64,000 bases of DNA from Acidobacteriota bacterium. Its GTDB lineage: Bacteria; Acidobacteriota; Blastocatellia; Pyrinomonadales; Pyrinomonadaceae. Made by a program: the position numbers and the translations under genes. Each line of letters begins with the position of its first letter. Within the stretch, counting starts at the first letter, position 1. Location of the stretch: the NCBI GenBank assembly GCA_016716435.1, contig JADJWI010000004.1, positions 37,045-101,044 of the forward strand. The letters run 5' to 3'. The notes beneath the pieces were generated by a model. It ran no database searches. It was not told the DNA's origin and was given only the letters and a program-made list of their open reading frames with translations. Below are positions 35,647 to 44,627 of the stretch, piece by piece.

Positions 35647-36514
35647 GGCCGGCATCGACGGGGTTTCTACGCTTGATGCTCTGCGGCTGATCAATGACGA
35701 GGACAAGCTCGTCGCACTTGCGGTCGAGCGTGTGCTGCCGCAGATCGCCGAAGCGGTCGATCGCATCGTCGAGCGGATGAAGGCGGGCGGCCGGCTCTTT
35801 TACATCGGCACCGGGACGAGCGGACGGCTCGGCGTGCTTGATGCCTCCGAGATACCGCCGACCTATGGCGTTTCTTATGACCTTGTTCAGGGCATCATCG
35901 CCGGAGGCTGGGATGCTCTCTACAAAGCGAGCGAGGCAAGCGAGGACGACCGCGAGGCGGGCATCCGCGATATCGAAAAACGCGGCGTCACCGGAAAAGA
36001 TGCGCTCGTCGGCATCGCCGCCTCGGGGCGGACGCCCTATACCATCGGTGCGGTCGAGCATGCACGGGCGATGGGCTGCTTCACCGCCTGCATCGTCTGC
36101 ACGCCCGATTCGGCAATTGAAAAGGCCGCCGAGGTCGCAATAGTCCCGGTCGTCGGCCCCGAGGCGATCACCGGTTCGACCCGAATGAAGGCTGGCACGG
36201 CTCAAAAGATGGTGCTCAACATGATCTCGACCGCCGCGATGATCCGGCTCGGCTACGTCCGCGGGAACAGGATGACGAACGTCAAACCCTCGAACGAAAA
36301 ACTCCGCGACCGCAGCCTGCGTATCCTTATGGCGGAAACCGGCCTCGACGAAGAGGCCGCCGCAAGCCTGATGGACTCAGCCGGCGGCGACCTCCGCGTG
36401 GCATTGGTGATGAAGAAAGCGTCGGTTGATCGAGAGGTTGCCGAAGGACTGCTTAAGCGGTCCGATTACGTGGTCGACAGGGCTTTAGGGCGCTTACCGG
36501 TAGTTCATGAGTAG
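35612..36514 (+). CDS. murQ: N-acetylmuramic acid 6-phosphate etherase
   Basis: SIS domain with GTGTSGRLGVLDASE and the ITGSTRMKAGTAQK motif; ~300 aa. Confidence 0.9.
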   Translation: MLPVTEQENPRTAGIDGVSTLDALRLINDEDKLVALAVERVLPQIAEAVDRIVERMKAGGRLFYIGTGTSGRLGVLDASEIPPTYGVSYDLVQGIIAGGWDALYKASEASEDDREAGIRDIEKRGVTGKDALVGIAASGRTPYTIGAVEHARAMGCFTACIVCTPDSAIEKAAEVAIVPVVGPEAITGSTRMKAGTAQKMVLNMISTAAMIRLGYVRGNRMTNVKPSNEKLRDRSLRILMAETGLDEEAAASLMDSAGGDLRVALVMKKASVDREVAEGLLKRSDYVVDRALGRLPVVHE

Positions 36515-36713
36515 GGTTTTGTCGGCCATCTGTTGCAGCCGTTTTTGCGGCCGAGATCGAACGGCCAACGGTAATGAGGCAGTGTAGATTGCGGGCGACT
36601 GATCAGCGTGTTTCGGTTTTTGGATTGTGCATTTTGTGGTACTTCTGATGGTTTCACTGTGGCTCGGGCATCCGAGTCTTTACGCTCGACCCCTCCGAGC
36701 AAGAATTTGAGTT

Positions 36714-37190
36714 ATGAGATACGCGACGATCCTCGTCTTTGCATTTGCACTCTTCGCCGGAACCGCAAACGGCTGTGTCGCCGTCGTCTCCGGGCTTCGA
36801 AAGCAGTTTCGTGAGGCAAATGTGATCTTCACAGGGCAACTGATCGAATTTGAAGAGCGGTCCAATGCAAATATTCCGGCCGAACTGCTGGAAGATTGGA
36901 AAACCCTTGCACCAGTCCGCTTTAAGATAGAGAGGTCATGGAAAGGGCAGCGCTCAGGGGAGTTAGTACTGTACATGAGCCCGATCTGTGACTGTCCAGT
37001 GCGGTACCTTTTGCCCAACAAGGGGGATACGCTACTTGTTTTTGCAGACAAGGACGGAATTGTCGATAGCTGCAATTATGGATATGTTCTAGAAATGAAG
37101 AACGAGAAGCAGGCCGGCGAGGCAAAATCGGTGATGAAGCGACTCGATTCTTTCTGGTTCCGAACCTGGGCACGGATCTATCCGTTTTGA
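36714..37190 (+). CDS. Hypothetical secreted protein
   Basis: Signal peptide MRYATILVFAFALFAGTANG. No recognised domain. Somewhat AT-richer than its neighbours. Confidence 0.5.
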   Translation: MRYATILVFAFALFAGTANGCVAVVSGLRKQFREANVIFTGQLIEFEERSNANIPAELLEDWKTLAPVRFKIERSWKGQRSGELVLYMSPICDCPVRYLLPNKGDTLLVFADKDGIVDSCNYGYVLEMKNEKQAGEAKSVMKRLDSFWFRTWARIYPF

Positions 37191-37501
37191 TGAAAGAGAA
37201 CGACCCTGAGATCTTGAATGCCGCTCTCGAGCTCGCTACTGAATGGGGCGAGAATTTTCACAAGCCGATCGGCGATCGGATGAAGGCGAGATTTCCCGGC
37301 ATTACCGATGGTGAGATCGGCGAGGCCGAGGCGATCGCTAAGCGGGCCGAGAGTCGAATTTACGAGTTGGCCGAAATGGAAGAACGCGGCCAGCTATCAG
37401 AATCTGATATCACCCGCATCGCGGCCGAGGAATTTCCCTGGCTCGAAGCCGACCATATCGGCAGGCTAAAGAATATAGGAATGTATTACGCCCGGCGATA
37501 A
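37190..37501 (+). CDS. Hypothetical small acidic protein
   Basis: The ATG overlaps the preceding stop (TGATG). Confidence 0.45.
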   Translation: MKENDPEILNAALELATEWGENFHKPIGDRMKARFPGITDGEIGEAEAIAKRAESRIYELAEMEERGQLSESDITRIAAEEFPWLEADHIGRLKNIGMYYARR

Positions 37502-37507
37502 AACCAA

Positions 37508-39022
37508 ATGCAGACACTCGACCTCATCATCATCTTCGGCTATCTGTTCGGCATCACCGCCTTCGGTATCTGGTATGCCGGAAAGCAGGAAACGACCGAG
37601 GACTACTTCGTCGGCGACCGCAACGTGCCGTGGTGGGCCATCTCGATGTCCATCGTCGCGACCGAAACGAGCACGATCACATTCATCTCGGTCCCGGGCA
37701 TCGCCTACGCCCGCGGCGGAAATTTCGAGTTTTTGCAGCTCGTCTTCGGTTATCTGGTTGGCCGCGTGGTCATCTCGCTCGTCTTTATTCCGCTCTATTT
37801 CAAGGGCGAATTGCAGACGGTTTACCAACTGCTCGGCGATCGCTTCGGCGGCAAAGTAAAAATGCTCGCCTCCGGCCTGTTCGTCATAATGCGCAACATC
37901 GCCGACGCCATCCGGCTGCTGCTTACGGCTATCGTTCTCGCCGCGGTCTATACGGCATTTAGCCCGACGACCGATCCGGCCTACGTCATCGTTGGCTCGA
38001 TTCTGATCCTTGGCATCGTGATGATCATTTTCACCTTCTACGGCGGCATCGAGGCGGTAATTTGGATCGAGGTGGTGCAGCTTGTGATTTACGTTGGCGG
38101 TGCGGTCGCCGCGGCCGTCGTTTTGATCAACAGCATCGATGGCGGCATCAGCGGAGCCATCGAGCTCGGGCGGCAATACGACAAATTTGCCCTCTTTGAT
38201 TTCAATCTCGATTTCGCCAAGACCTACACATTCTGGGGCGGCGTTCTCGGCGGCTGTTTCCTTACGATGTCCACCCACGGAACCGACCAGTTTCTCGTCC
38301 AGCGATATCTCTGCACCAACAAACCGAGTGCCGCGATCATGGCCCTGATGACCTCAGGTGCAGTAGTCCTCGGCCAGTTCATCGGCTTCCTTTTCATCGG
38401 CGTTCTGCTCTTCGCGTTCTACGCTCCGTATGGAATGGAAGGCTACGCGACGGCAGCACCGACCTTCCCGTTCACCGGCGGCGACAAGGTCTTTCCGAAC
38501 TTTATCACCCAGCATATGCCGACCGGGCTTTCCGGTTTGGTCGTCGCAGCCATCTTTGCCGCGGCTCTTTCGTCGTCGCTAAATTCGATCGCCTCGACCG
38601 CGGTCAACGACCTCTATAAACCCTTTGCGAAAGATAAATCAGATAAGCAGTTGATGCGGATCGCCGGTATTTTGACGGTCGTGGTCGGCATTATTCAGAT
38701 CGCCATCGCCATCGGGCTCAAGGACGCAAATAGCTCTGCACTCAGCATGGCACTCGCCGTCGCCTCGCTTATCAACGGCCCGATACTCGGCGTGTTTCTT
38801 GTCGGTAGTTTCCTTAAAAAAGCCCGCGAGGTCCACGCATTGACCGGAATGATCGTAAGTATTTTGGTGATGACATACGTCCTGCTTGCATCAAATGGAT
38901 TCGTCCCGGGACCGGTCATCGCGTGGCCGTGGTATGCCCTGATCGGCAGTTCGATCACAGTCGTAGTTGCGTTCATAACAACGCTATTCGTAAATAATGG
39001 TAATGATGAAGTTTCTAATTAG
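37508..39022 (+). CDS. Sodium:solute symporter (SSF) family transporter
   Basis: 504-aa protein with ~13 TM helices and an SSF-like N-terminus (DYFVGDRNVPWWAISMSIVATETSTITFISVPG). Confidence 0.85.
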   Translation: MQTLDLIIIFGYLFGITAFGIWYAGKQETTEDYFVGDRNVPWWAISMSIVATETSTITFISVPGIAYARGGNFEFLQLVFGYLVGRVVISLVFIPLYFKGELQTVYQLLGDRFGGKVKMLASGLFVIMRNIADAIRLLLTAIVLAAVYTAFSPTTDPAYVIVGSILILGIVMIIFTFYGGIEAVIWIEVVQLVIYVGGAVAAAVVLINSIDGGISGAIELGRQYDKFALFDFNLDFAKTYTFWGGVLGGCFLTMSTHGTDQFLVQRYLCTNKPSAAIMALMTSGAVVLGQFIGFLFIGVLLFAFYAPYGMEGYATAAPTFPFTGGDKVFPNFITQHMPTGLSGLVVAAIFAAALSSSLNSIASTAVNDLYKPFAKDKSDKQLMRIAGILTVVVGIIQIAIAIGLKDANSSALSMALAVASLINGPILGVFLVGSFLKKAREVHALTGMIVSILVMTYVLLASNGFVPGPVIAWPWYALIGSSITVVVAFITTLFVNNGNDEVSN

Positions 39023-41168
39023 TTCTTTTCTCGTCCTAAACATTTCGCTGGCCTCCCTCGCTTTTGCCTCGCCGCAGGTAGTGACGGCACAGCCTTCGGC
39101 ACGATTCGAGCCCTCGAAAAAGTCCTGGGATTGGGCCGATAGGACGCTCAAGAAAATGACGACCGATCAGAAGGTCGGGCAGTTGATCCACGTCGGCATC
39201 AATGCCCGGTTTGCCAATCAGGACAGTTGGTTCTTCAAGGACCTGCGGCGGCACGTGACGGAAAACAAGATCGGCGGAATCATCTTTTTCGGGGCTCCGA
39301 TCTATGAAACGACCCACATCGCCAACCGAATGCAGGAGGCGGCCAAGATACCGATGCTGATGTCGCTCGACGCCGAGACCGGCATCGGAATGCGGTTTCA
39401 GGACGCGACCAACTTCCCTTGGGCAATGGCCGTCGCCGCGACCGGCGAGCCCGAGTTTGCCCGTCGAATGGGCGCGATCACCGGCCGCGAGGCACGAGCC
39501 ATCGGCATTCAGCACGTTTATGCACCCGTGCTCGACGTCAACAACAACGCCGATAATCCGGTCATCAACGTCCGCAGCTTTGGCGAGGACCCCGAGGACG
39601 TTGCACGCTTCGGCGTCGCCTTTGCCCAAGGGCTTCAGAGCGAGCGGGTCATCGCGACCGCCAAGCATTTTCCCGGCCATGGCGATACGAATGTCGATTC
39701 GCACCGCGGGCTTCCGATCATCGATCTCCCCAAGTCGCGGCTCGATTCCGTCGAGCTTGTTCCCTTCCGCCGAGCGGTCGAGGGCGGCATCGGCTCGGTG
39801 ATGATCGCCCATATCGCGCTTCCGCAGATCGATGGCGAAGAGATCCGCCCGCTAAAGGAATACCAGGGCGGCGACGCCGAACCCGGCACCGAGATCGTCA
39901 CCGAAAAGGCGACCATCCCCGCTACGCTTTCGCACAAAGTGCAGACCGAGATGCTGCGAAACGAGATGGGCTTCAAGGGCCTTATCGTCTCCGACGCGAT
40001 GTCGATGAGCGGCCTGACGCTTTATTTCACACAGGAGGAAGCTGGCGTCCGCGCGTTCCTCGCCGGTACCGACATCCTCGAAAAACCAGAGAATGTTGAC
40101 GCGATGATCCGCGGCCTGAAAGCCGCCGTCGCAAGCGGACGAATACCGATGGCACGGCTTGATGACTCGGTCCGCCGCCAGCTTGCCTGGAAGCACGCCG
40201 TCGGCCTGACCGAGCAAAAGATAACCCCGCTTGACCAGATCGACCGCATCGTCAGCGGTCCCGAAACGAACCGGCTGACCGATGAGATAGCACAACGTGC
40301 TATCACATTGGTGCGGCAGGAGGCGGGTGCAATGCCGGTCAATCGGGAAAAGAAGATCGCGGTCTTTGGCATCTCGAATGGTTTTGATGGCCCCGCGACC
40401 ATGGGCCCGTTTGCCGGCACGCTCCGCTCGGCGGGCCTCCGGTTCGGACAGGCATATTTGCAGGAGAACTCGCTCGCCGAGCAGGCCGCCGCGGCCCGAA
40501 AGACCGTCATGGAAGCGGACACCGTGATCGTCGGGCTCTACGGCCGCGTTCGCTCGGGTGCGAGGAACAGCGTCGGCATTCCCGAGAACGGAGCCGCAAT
40601 TCTCCGCGAGGCACTCGCGGCCGGAAAGCAGGTGATCGGGATCAGCTTCGGCAATCCGTACATTCTGTCGTCGTTCCCCGAGATGAAGACCTACGTCGTC
40701 GCGTACGGCGACATGGCAAGCCTCCAGCGTGCCGCCGCAAGAGGACTTCTCGGCCAGCAGCAGTTCACCGGAAAGCTGCCGATCAGCCTTCCGGGCTTAC
40801 ACCCACGCGGCTTTAATGCATCGCTCAACTTACCTAAACCGATTGCCCTTCCAAAACCCAATTTTCCGCCTGCGGCCTTAGCTGTTCGGGCGAGGAGTGA
40901 CGTTTTGGTAAACGTTTTGATTGATGAAAGCGGCATGGTCAGCGAAGCTACCGCGATTTCAGGTCACCCGCTGTTGCGACAGGCAGCAGTGAATGCCGCT
41001 AAGGGTTCCAAGTTTCAAATCGATGATGAAACGAAAACGAAACAAATAACGATCATATATCGCTTTGCCGAAGAAGGTACGACTGACTCACCGTGCTGTG
41101 AAGGGTTTCCGTACTTGGTTACGATAGCTGCCCCGGACATCAGAATAGCTCCGGGAGGTGTCCATTAA
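38997..41168 (+). CDS. Glycoside hydrolase family 3 (NagZ-like beta-N-acetylhexosaminidase) with C-terminal TonB_C-like domain
   Basis: Signal peptide; KHFPGHGDT; GLIVSDAMSM (nucleophile Asp). C-terminal PNFPPAALAVRARSDVLVNVLIDESGMVSEATAISGHPLLRQAAVNAAKGSKF. Confidence 0.85.
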   Translation: MVMMKFLISSFLVLNISLASLAFASPQVVTAQPSARFEPSKKSWDWADRTLKKMTTDQKVGQLIHVGINARFANQDSWFFKDLRRHVTENKIGGIIFFGAPIYETTHIANRMQEAAKIPMLMSLDAETGIGMRFQDATNFPWAMAVAATGEPEFARRMGAITGREARAIGIQHVYAPVLDVNNNADNPVINVRSFGEDPEDVARFGVAFAQGLQSERVIATAKHFPGHGDTNVDSHRGLPIIDLPKSRLDSVELVPFRRAVEGGIGSVMIAHIALPQIDGEEIRPLKEYQGGDAEPGTEIVTEKATIPATLSHKVQTEMLRNEMGFKGLIVSDAMSMSGLTLYFTQEEAGVRAFLAGTDILEKPENVDAMIRGLKAAVASGRIPMARLDDSVRRQLAWKHAVGLTEQKITPLDQIDRIVSGPETNRLTDEIAQRAITLVRQEAGAMPVNREKKIAVFGISNGFDGPATMGPFAGTLRSAGLRFGQAYLQENSLAEQAAAARKTVMEADTVIVGLYGRVRSGARNSVGIPENGAAILREALAAGKQVIGISFGNPYILSSFPEMKTYVVAYGDMASLQRAAARGLLGQQQFTGKLPISLPGLHPRGFNASLNLPKPIALPKPNFPPAALAVRARSDVLVNVLIDESGMVSEATAISGHPLLRQAAVNAAKGSKFQIDDETKTKQITIIYRFAEEGTTDSPCCEGFPYLVTIAAPDIRIAPGGVH

Positions 41169-42640
41169 TGGCGTCGTGGCGAATTGACGATTTTCTTACC
41201 GTCCGCGATGGGCGGCTGCACATTGACGGCCACGACGCCGTCGCGCTTGCCCGCGAATACGGCACGCCGCTTTTCCTCTATAGCGAGCCGCGGATCCGCC
41301 ACAACATCGACCGGCTCAAGCGGGTCGGCGAGGCTGTCGGCTGCGGATTCAAGCTTTGTTATGCAGCGAAGGCGATGTCCACGCTCGGCGTCCTTCGTTC
41401 GGTGCGCGATGCGGGTTGCGACCTTGAGGTCAATTCGGGCGGCGAGCTTTGGAAAGCTTTGAAAGCCGGTTTCCGCGGCGACCAGCTAAATTTCAACGGC
41501 CTGAGCAAAGAGGCATGGGAGATCGAACTCGCGATCGAGAACGGCGTTTATGCGATCCAGGTCGATTCGCTCTACGAGCTTTCGCTGATCGAAGAAACGG
41601 CCACGCGGCTCGGCAAAAAGGCGAACGTCAGCCTCCGGCTCGTCCCGGGCATCGAATCGGCGACCCACTCCGGCCTGCAGACCGCAATGCTCACCTCGAA
41701 ATTCGGAATGATGCCGGACGAGGCTTTCGGGGCTTTCGCACGATATAAAGACTCGGAACACCTGAACCTAAGCGGCATTCACCTGCACGTCGGCTCGCAA
41801 AACCCTTCGCCCGAGGTTTACACACAGGCGTTTGACGAGATGTTTGGTGCCTTGCTCCGCATCTATCGCGAGACCGGGATCCGGTTGCAGCACATCAATC
41901 TCGGCGGCGGCTTCCCGGTAAATTATCTCCGCGACGGTGCGCAGGCCGGCGACTTCCCCGCCGAACAACGCGAGATGTTTGCCGCCGACTTTGAGCCCGC
42001 CGAGGCGATGCGAGCCGCCTGGGCCGCGGTCCTCAAGAAAGCCGAAGCCGAAAACGTCGTCGATCTGCTCGAAGGCATTACGCTTCTCCTCGAACCCGGC
42101 CGCTCCATCATCGCCGACGCCGCCATCTGCCTGACCACGGTCCGCAATCACAAGGAACGTCCCGTTCATCAAAGCTCCCCTCCTTACGAAGGAGGGGTGG
42201 CCGCCGCTTCGGCTGACGGGGTGGTTCTCGCATCTGACCACCGACCACTGACCACTGACCACTGGCTCCTAACCGACGCCGGCTTCAACATCCTGCTTTC
42301 GATGGAGACCTACAAATGGTACTACCATCTGGTCTCAGCCGAGCGTGCCGGCGAGCCGCACGAAACGCCCTACAAACTTGCCGGCCCGCTATGCGACGGC
42401 GGCGATGTCTATTTTGATATCGAGGGAGAAGGAAGGCTGCCTGACCACCGGCTCTTGCCCGAAAACGTCGAACCCGGCGAGGTGCTCGCCCTGCTCAATT
42501 GCGGTGCCTATTCGCTCGCCCAGGCCTCGCAATACAACGGCCGCTTCCTTCCGCCCGTCGTCATGACAAAGGCCGACCGCACCGCCGAACTCATCCGCCG
42601 CCGCGACACCTTCGAAGACCTCATCGCCAACGACCTTTGA
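41168..42640 (+). CDS. PLP-dependent Orn/DAP/Arg decarboxylase family 2 enzyme (diaminopimelate decarboxylase-like) carrying a ~30-aa insertion
   Basis: CYAAKAMS (PLP Lys), HLHVGSQ, NLGGGFPV, EPGRSI and GPLCDGGD motifs. The ATG overlaps the GH3 stop (TAATG). Confidence 0.8.
   Translation: MASWRIDDFLTVRDGRLHIDGHDAVALAREYGTPLFLYSEPRIRHNIDRLKRVGEAVGCGFKLCYAAKAMSTLGVLRSVRDAGCDLEVNSGGELWKALKAGFRGDQLNFNGLSKEAWEIELAIENGVYAIQVDSLYELSLIEETATRLGKKANVSLRLVPGIESATHSGLQTAMLTSKFGMMPDEAFGAFARYKDSEHLNLSGIHLHVGSQNPSPEVYTQAFDEMFGALLRIYRETGIRLQHINLGGGFPVNYLRDGAQAGDFPAEQREMFAADFEPAEAMRAAWAAVLKKAEAENVVDLLEGITLLLEPGRSIIADAAICLTTVRNHKERPVHQSSPPYEGGVAAASADGVVLASDHRPLTTDHWLLTDAGFNILLSMETYKWYYHLVSAERAGEPHETPYKLAGPLCDGGDVYFDIEGEGRLPDHRLLPENVEPGEVLALLNCGAYSLAQASQYNGRFLPPVVMTKADRTAELIRRRDTFEDLIANDL
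42177..42229. repeat. REP-like double-hairpin element, copy A (inside the decarboxylase CDS)
   Basis: cccctccttacgaaggagggg forms a 9-bp stem. A second hairpin lies around ccgcttcgg, followed by ggggtggttctc. It is near-identical to 59030-59080. Confidence 0.85.
42235..42262. repeat. Four tandem heptamers (T/C)GACCAC
   Basis: tgaccac cgaccac tgaccac tgaccac, directly 3' of REP copy A and inside the CDS. Confidence 0.85.
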
Positions 42641-43312
42641 TCAGGCGATCGCGAGTTCGACGCCATCGAAAAGTTCAAGAGCGGGAGCGTATTCAATATG
42701 CAGAACGCGACGTGGCCGGTCGCTTATACATTTTGACGAAGCGTGGACGATCAACGGGCTCATCGCGATGACCCCACCTTTCGCGACCGTGCACGTAACC
42801 TGCGGTCCATCGGTTACGACCCTATCGATCTCCGTGTCTGATAATCGTTCTTTGTGCGAGCCGGCGATGAGACGTAGCGGACCGTTGTCCGGTCCCGAAT
42901 CATCGATGTGAATACGAAGGGCAACTATCTCGCGAAGCACTCGTGCCGGAGCCTGGCAAAATGTAATTCCGTCTTTTATCGTCGCAATTCCCCAGTCATT
43001 GGAACTCGGCGGCCGGACCACGGGAAGTGTAGTGTCCTGGTGCCATGCGACAAGCCAATTTGCCTTGCCCGCTTTGTTAAAGAGCGTCGCCTTGAAGGGT
43101 ATCAAGCGCTTGCCAGAAATACTATCGACAAGCTCGGTCAACCGTGGGTCACTAGCCAAACTGCGAACTGCAGGGTCAGCCATAAGGTGGCGATAGCCCG
43201 GCCGCTCCGGCTCGGCATTCAGCACCCCAAGCCGATCAATAAACGAATCCATTTCCGAGTGCTCAAACACCTTCTCCGTAATGAGATAGCCATTTTCTGA
43301 GAAGTTAGTCAC
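42641..43312 (-). CDS. Phytanoyl-CoA dioxygenase (PhyH) family Fe(II)/2OG oxygenase
   Basis: 223 aa; WHQD (HxD) and a C-terminal VHASS His context. Confidence 0.7.
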   Translation of the reverse strand: MTNFSENGYLITEKVFEHSEMDSFIDRLGVLNAEPERPGYRHLMADPAVRSLASDPRLTELVDSISGKRLIPFKATLFNKAGKANWLVAWHQDTTLPVVRPPSSNDWGIATIKDGITFCQAPARVLREIVALRIHIDDSGPDNGPLRLIAGSHKERLSDTEIDRVVTDGPQVTCTVAKGGVIAMSPLIVHASSKCISDRPRRVLHIEYAPALELFDGVELAIA

Positions 43313-43333
43313 TCAAGTGAATCCCGCGGTCAT

Positions 43334-44461
43334 CTACATTCGGTTTTGGACAAGGATCGGCCGGAGTCCGTCCGCGTCCGTTTCCGAAAGCTGTGTACCT
43401 TTTTCGTGAAGGTCCGCGAGGTTTGCGAGTGCGATCGCACGGCTGCTTTCGCCGCGGATATCGGCGATGCCCGCAAACTGGGCCGCGATCGAGCCGAATA
43501 AGACATACTTCGCCTTGCTGTCGCGGGTCTCGGTGTCCTTTTGCGAACGCAGCACCTCGTAAGCCTCGTCGAGTGCCTCAAGGGCTTCGTCCTTCTCGTC
43601 CCGCCGCCAATATTCGCGGGCAAAACCAAGAAGTGTATTCGCGATCTGCGTCTTATCGGCAACGGCGTCGAGCGTCCGGTCCGCGAGGTCAACGCTGCCT
43701 GCCCGCATCAGCCCCTGTGCGACAGCGGCAAGCAGCGCATCGCGATGAACGTTGTCGAGCTCCTCGGCAAAAACGCGGGCACGCTCAAAGGTCTCGATCG
43801 CCTTGTCGCCCCGCTTTGCGTCGATGAAAGCATTGCCGATGTCCGTCAACATGCGGATCCGCTCTTCCTCGTGCTCTATCTCAAGCCCGAGCGACGCCGC
43901 GGATTCAAGATACTCGGCCGCCTTCAGTGTGTCGTCTTTCGCGAGCCGCATCGCCGCCATCGCCATCAATGCCCCGGCTGCGGAAGCGGGATAATCTATC
44001 GCCGCAAGGGTTTCCGTCGCTGCCTCTTCGTCGCCCGATTCGGCCTGCTTGATCGCGATGCCGGCAAGCACCTCATCCGGATGCAGCACTTCGGCGGCTA
44101 TCTCGCGGGCCCGTTCGAGGTCGCCTTTCGCGGCCTTGATCAGAGCGATCGCCTCGCGAGCCTGCGACTGCAGCCCGTATTCCTCGATCGCCTCGGCAAG
44201 CTGCATCGCGTATTCGTCGTCGTCGAGTTCGGCACACTTCGCCGCCACCGCGATGAGCAGCCGGTCGCGGACGTGCGGATCATCGACCGTATCCGCGAGG
44301 CTCGCCGCAAGATCGACCTCGCCCCGCGCAAGAAACCGCGGCACCACCGCCGAGATGGCCTCCGCGCGGTCGTCGCTTTGCGGCATCCGCTCTGCAATAA
44401 AAGCCGCCGCCGCCAACACATCCGCCTCAGCCGCAGCCCTTGTCACAAATCTTTCAGACAT
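43334..44461 (-). CDS. Hypothetical all-helical repeat (TPR/HEAT-like) protein
   Basis: 375-aa Ala/Glu/Asp-rich ORF with repeating helical pairs. No catalytic motif was recognised. Confidence 0.5.
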   Translation of the reverse strand: MSERFVTRAAAEADVLAAAAFIAERMPQSDDRAEAISAVVPRFLARGEVDLAASLADTVDDPHVRDRLLIAVAAKCAELDDDEYAMQLAEAIEEYGLQSQAREAIALIKAAKGDLERAREIAAEVLHPDEVLAGIAIKQAESGDEEAATETLAAIDYPASAAGALMAMAAMRLAKDDTLKAAEYLESAASLGLEIEHEEERIRMLTDIGNAFIDAKRGDKAIETFERARVFAEELDNVHRDALLAAVAQGLMRAGSVDLADRTLDAVADKTQIANTLLGFAREYWRRDEKDEALEALDEAYEVLRSQKDTETRDSKAKYVLFGSIAAQFAGIADIRGESSRAIALANLADLHEKGTQLSETDADGLRPILVQNRM

Positions 44462-44627
44462 AATGTTCTAAGCCACAGAGGTCACAGAGAAACTGTGGGC
44501 TCTTGGTGCGATCGGTCGCGAGCGAACCGAGCAAACTGTCGGCAGATCGAGCCCGAACTCGCCGAGCCCGCAACCAAAGACTCAACACGCCGAAAACCTC
44601 AATGTCTCTGCGTCCTCTGTGGCAAAT

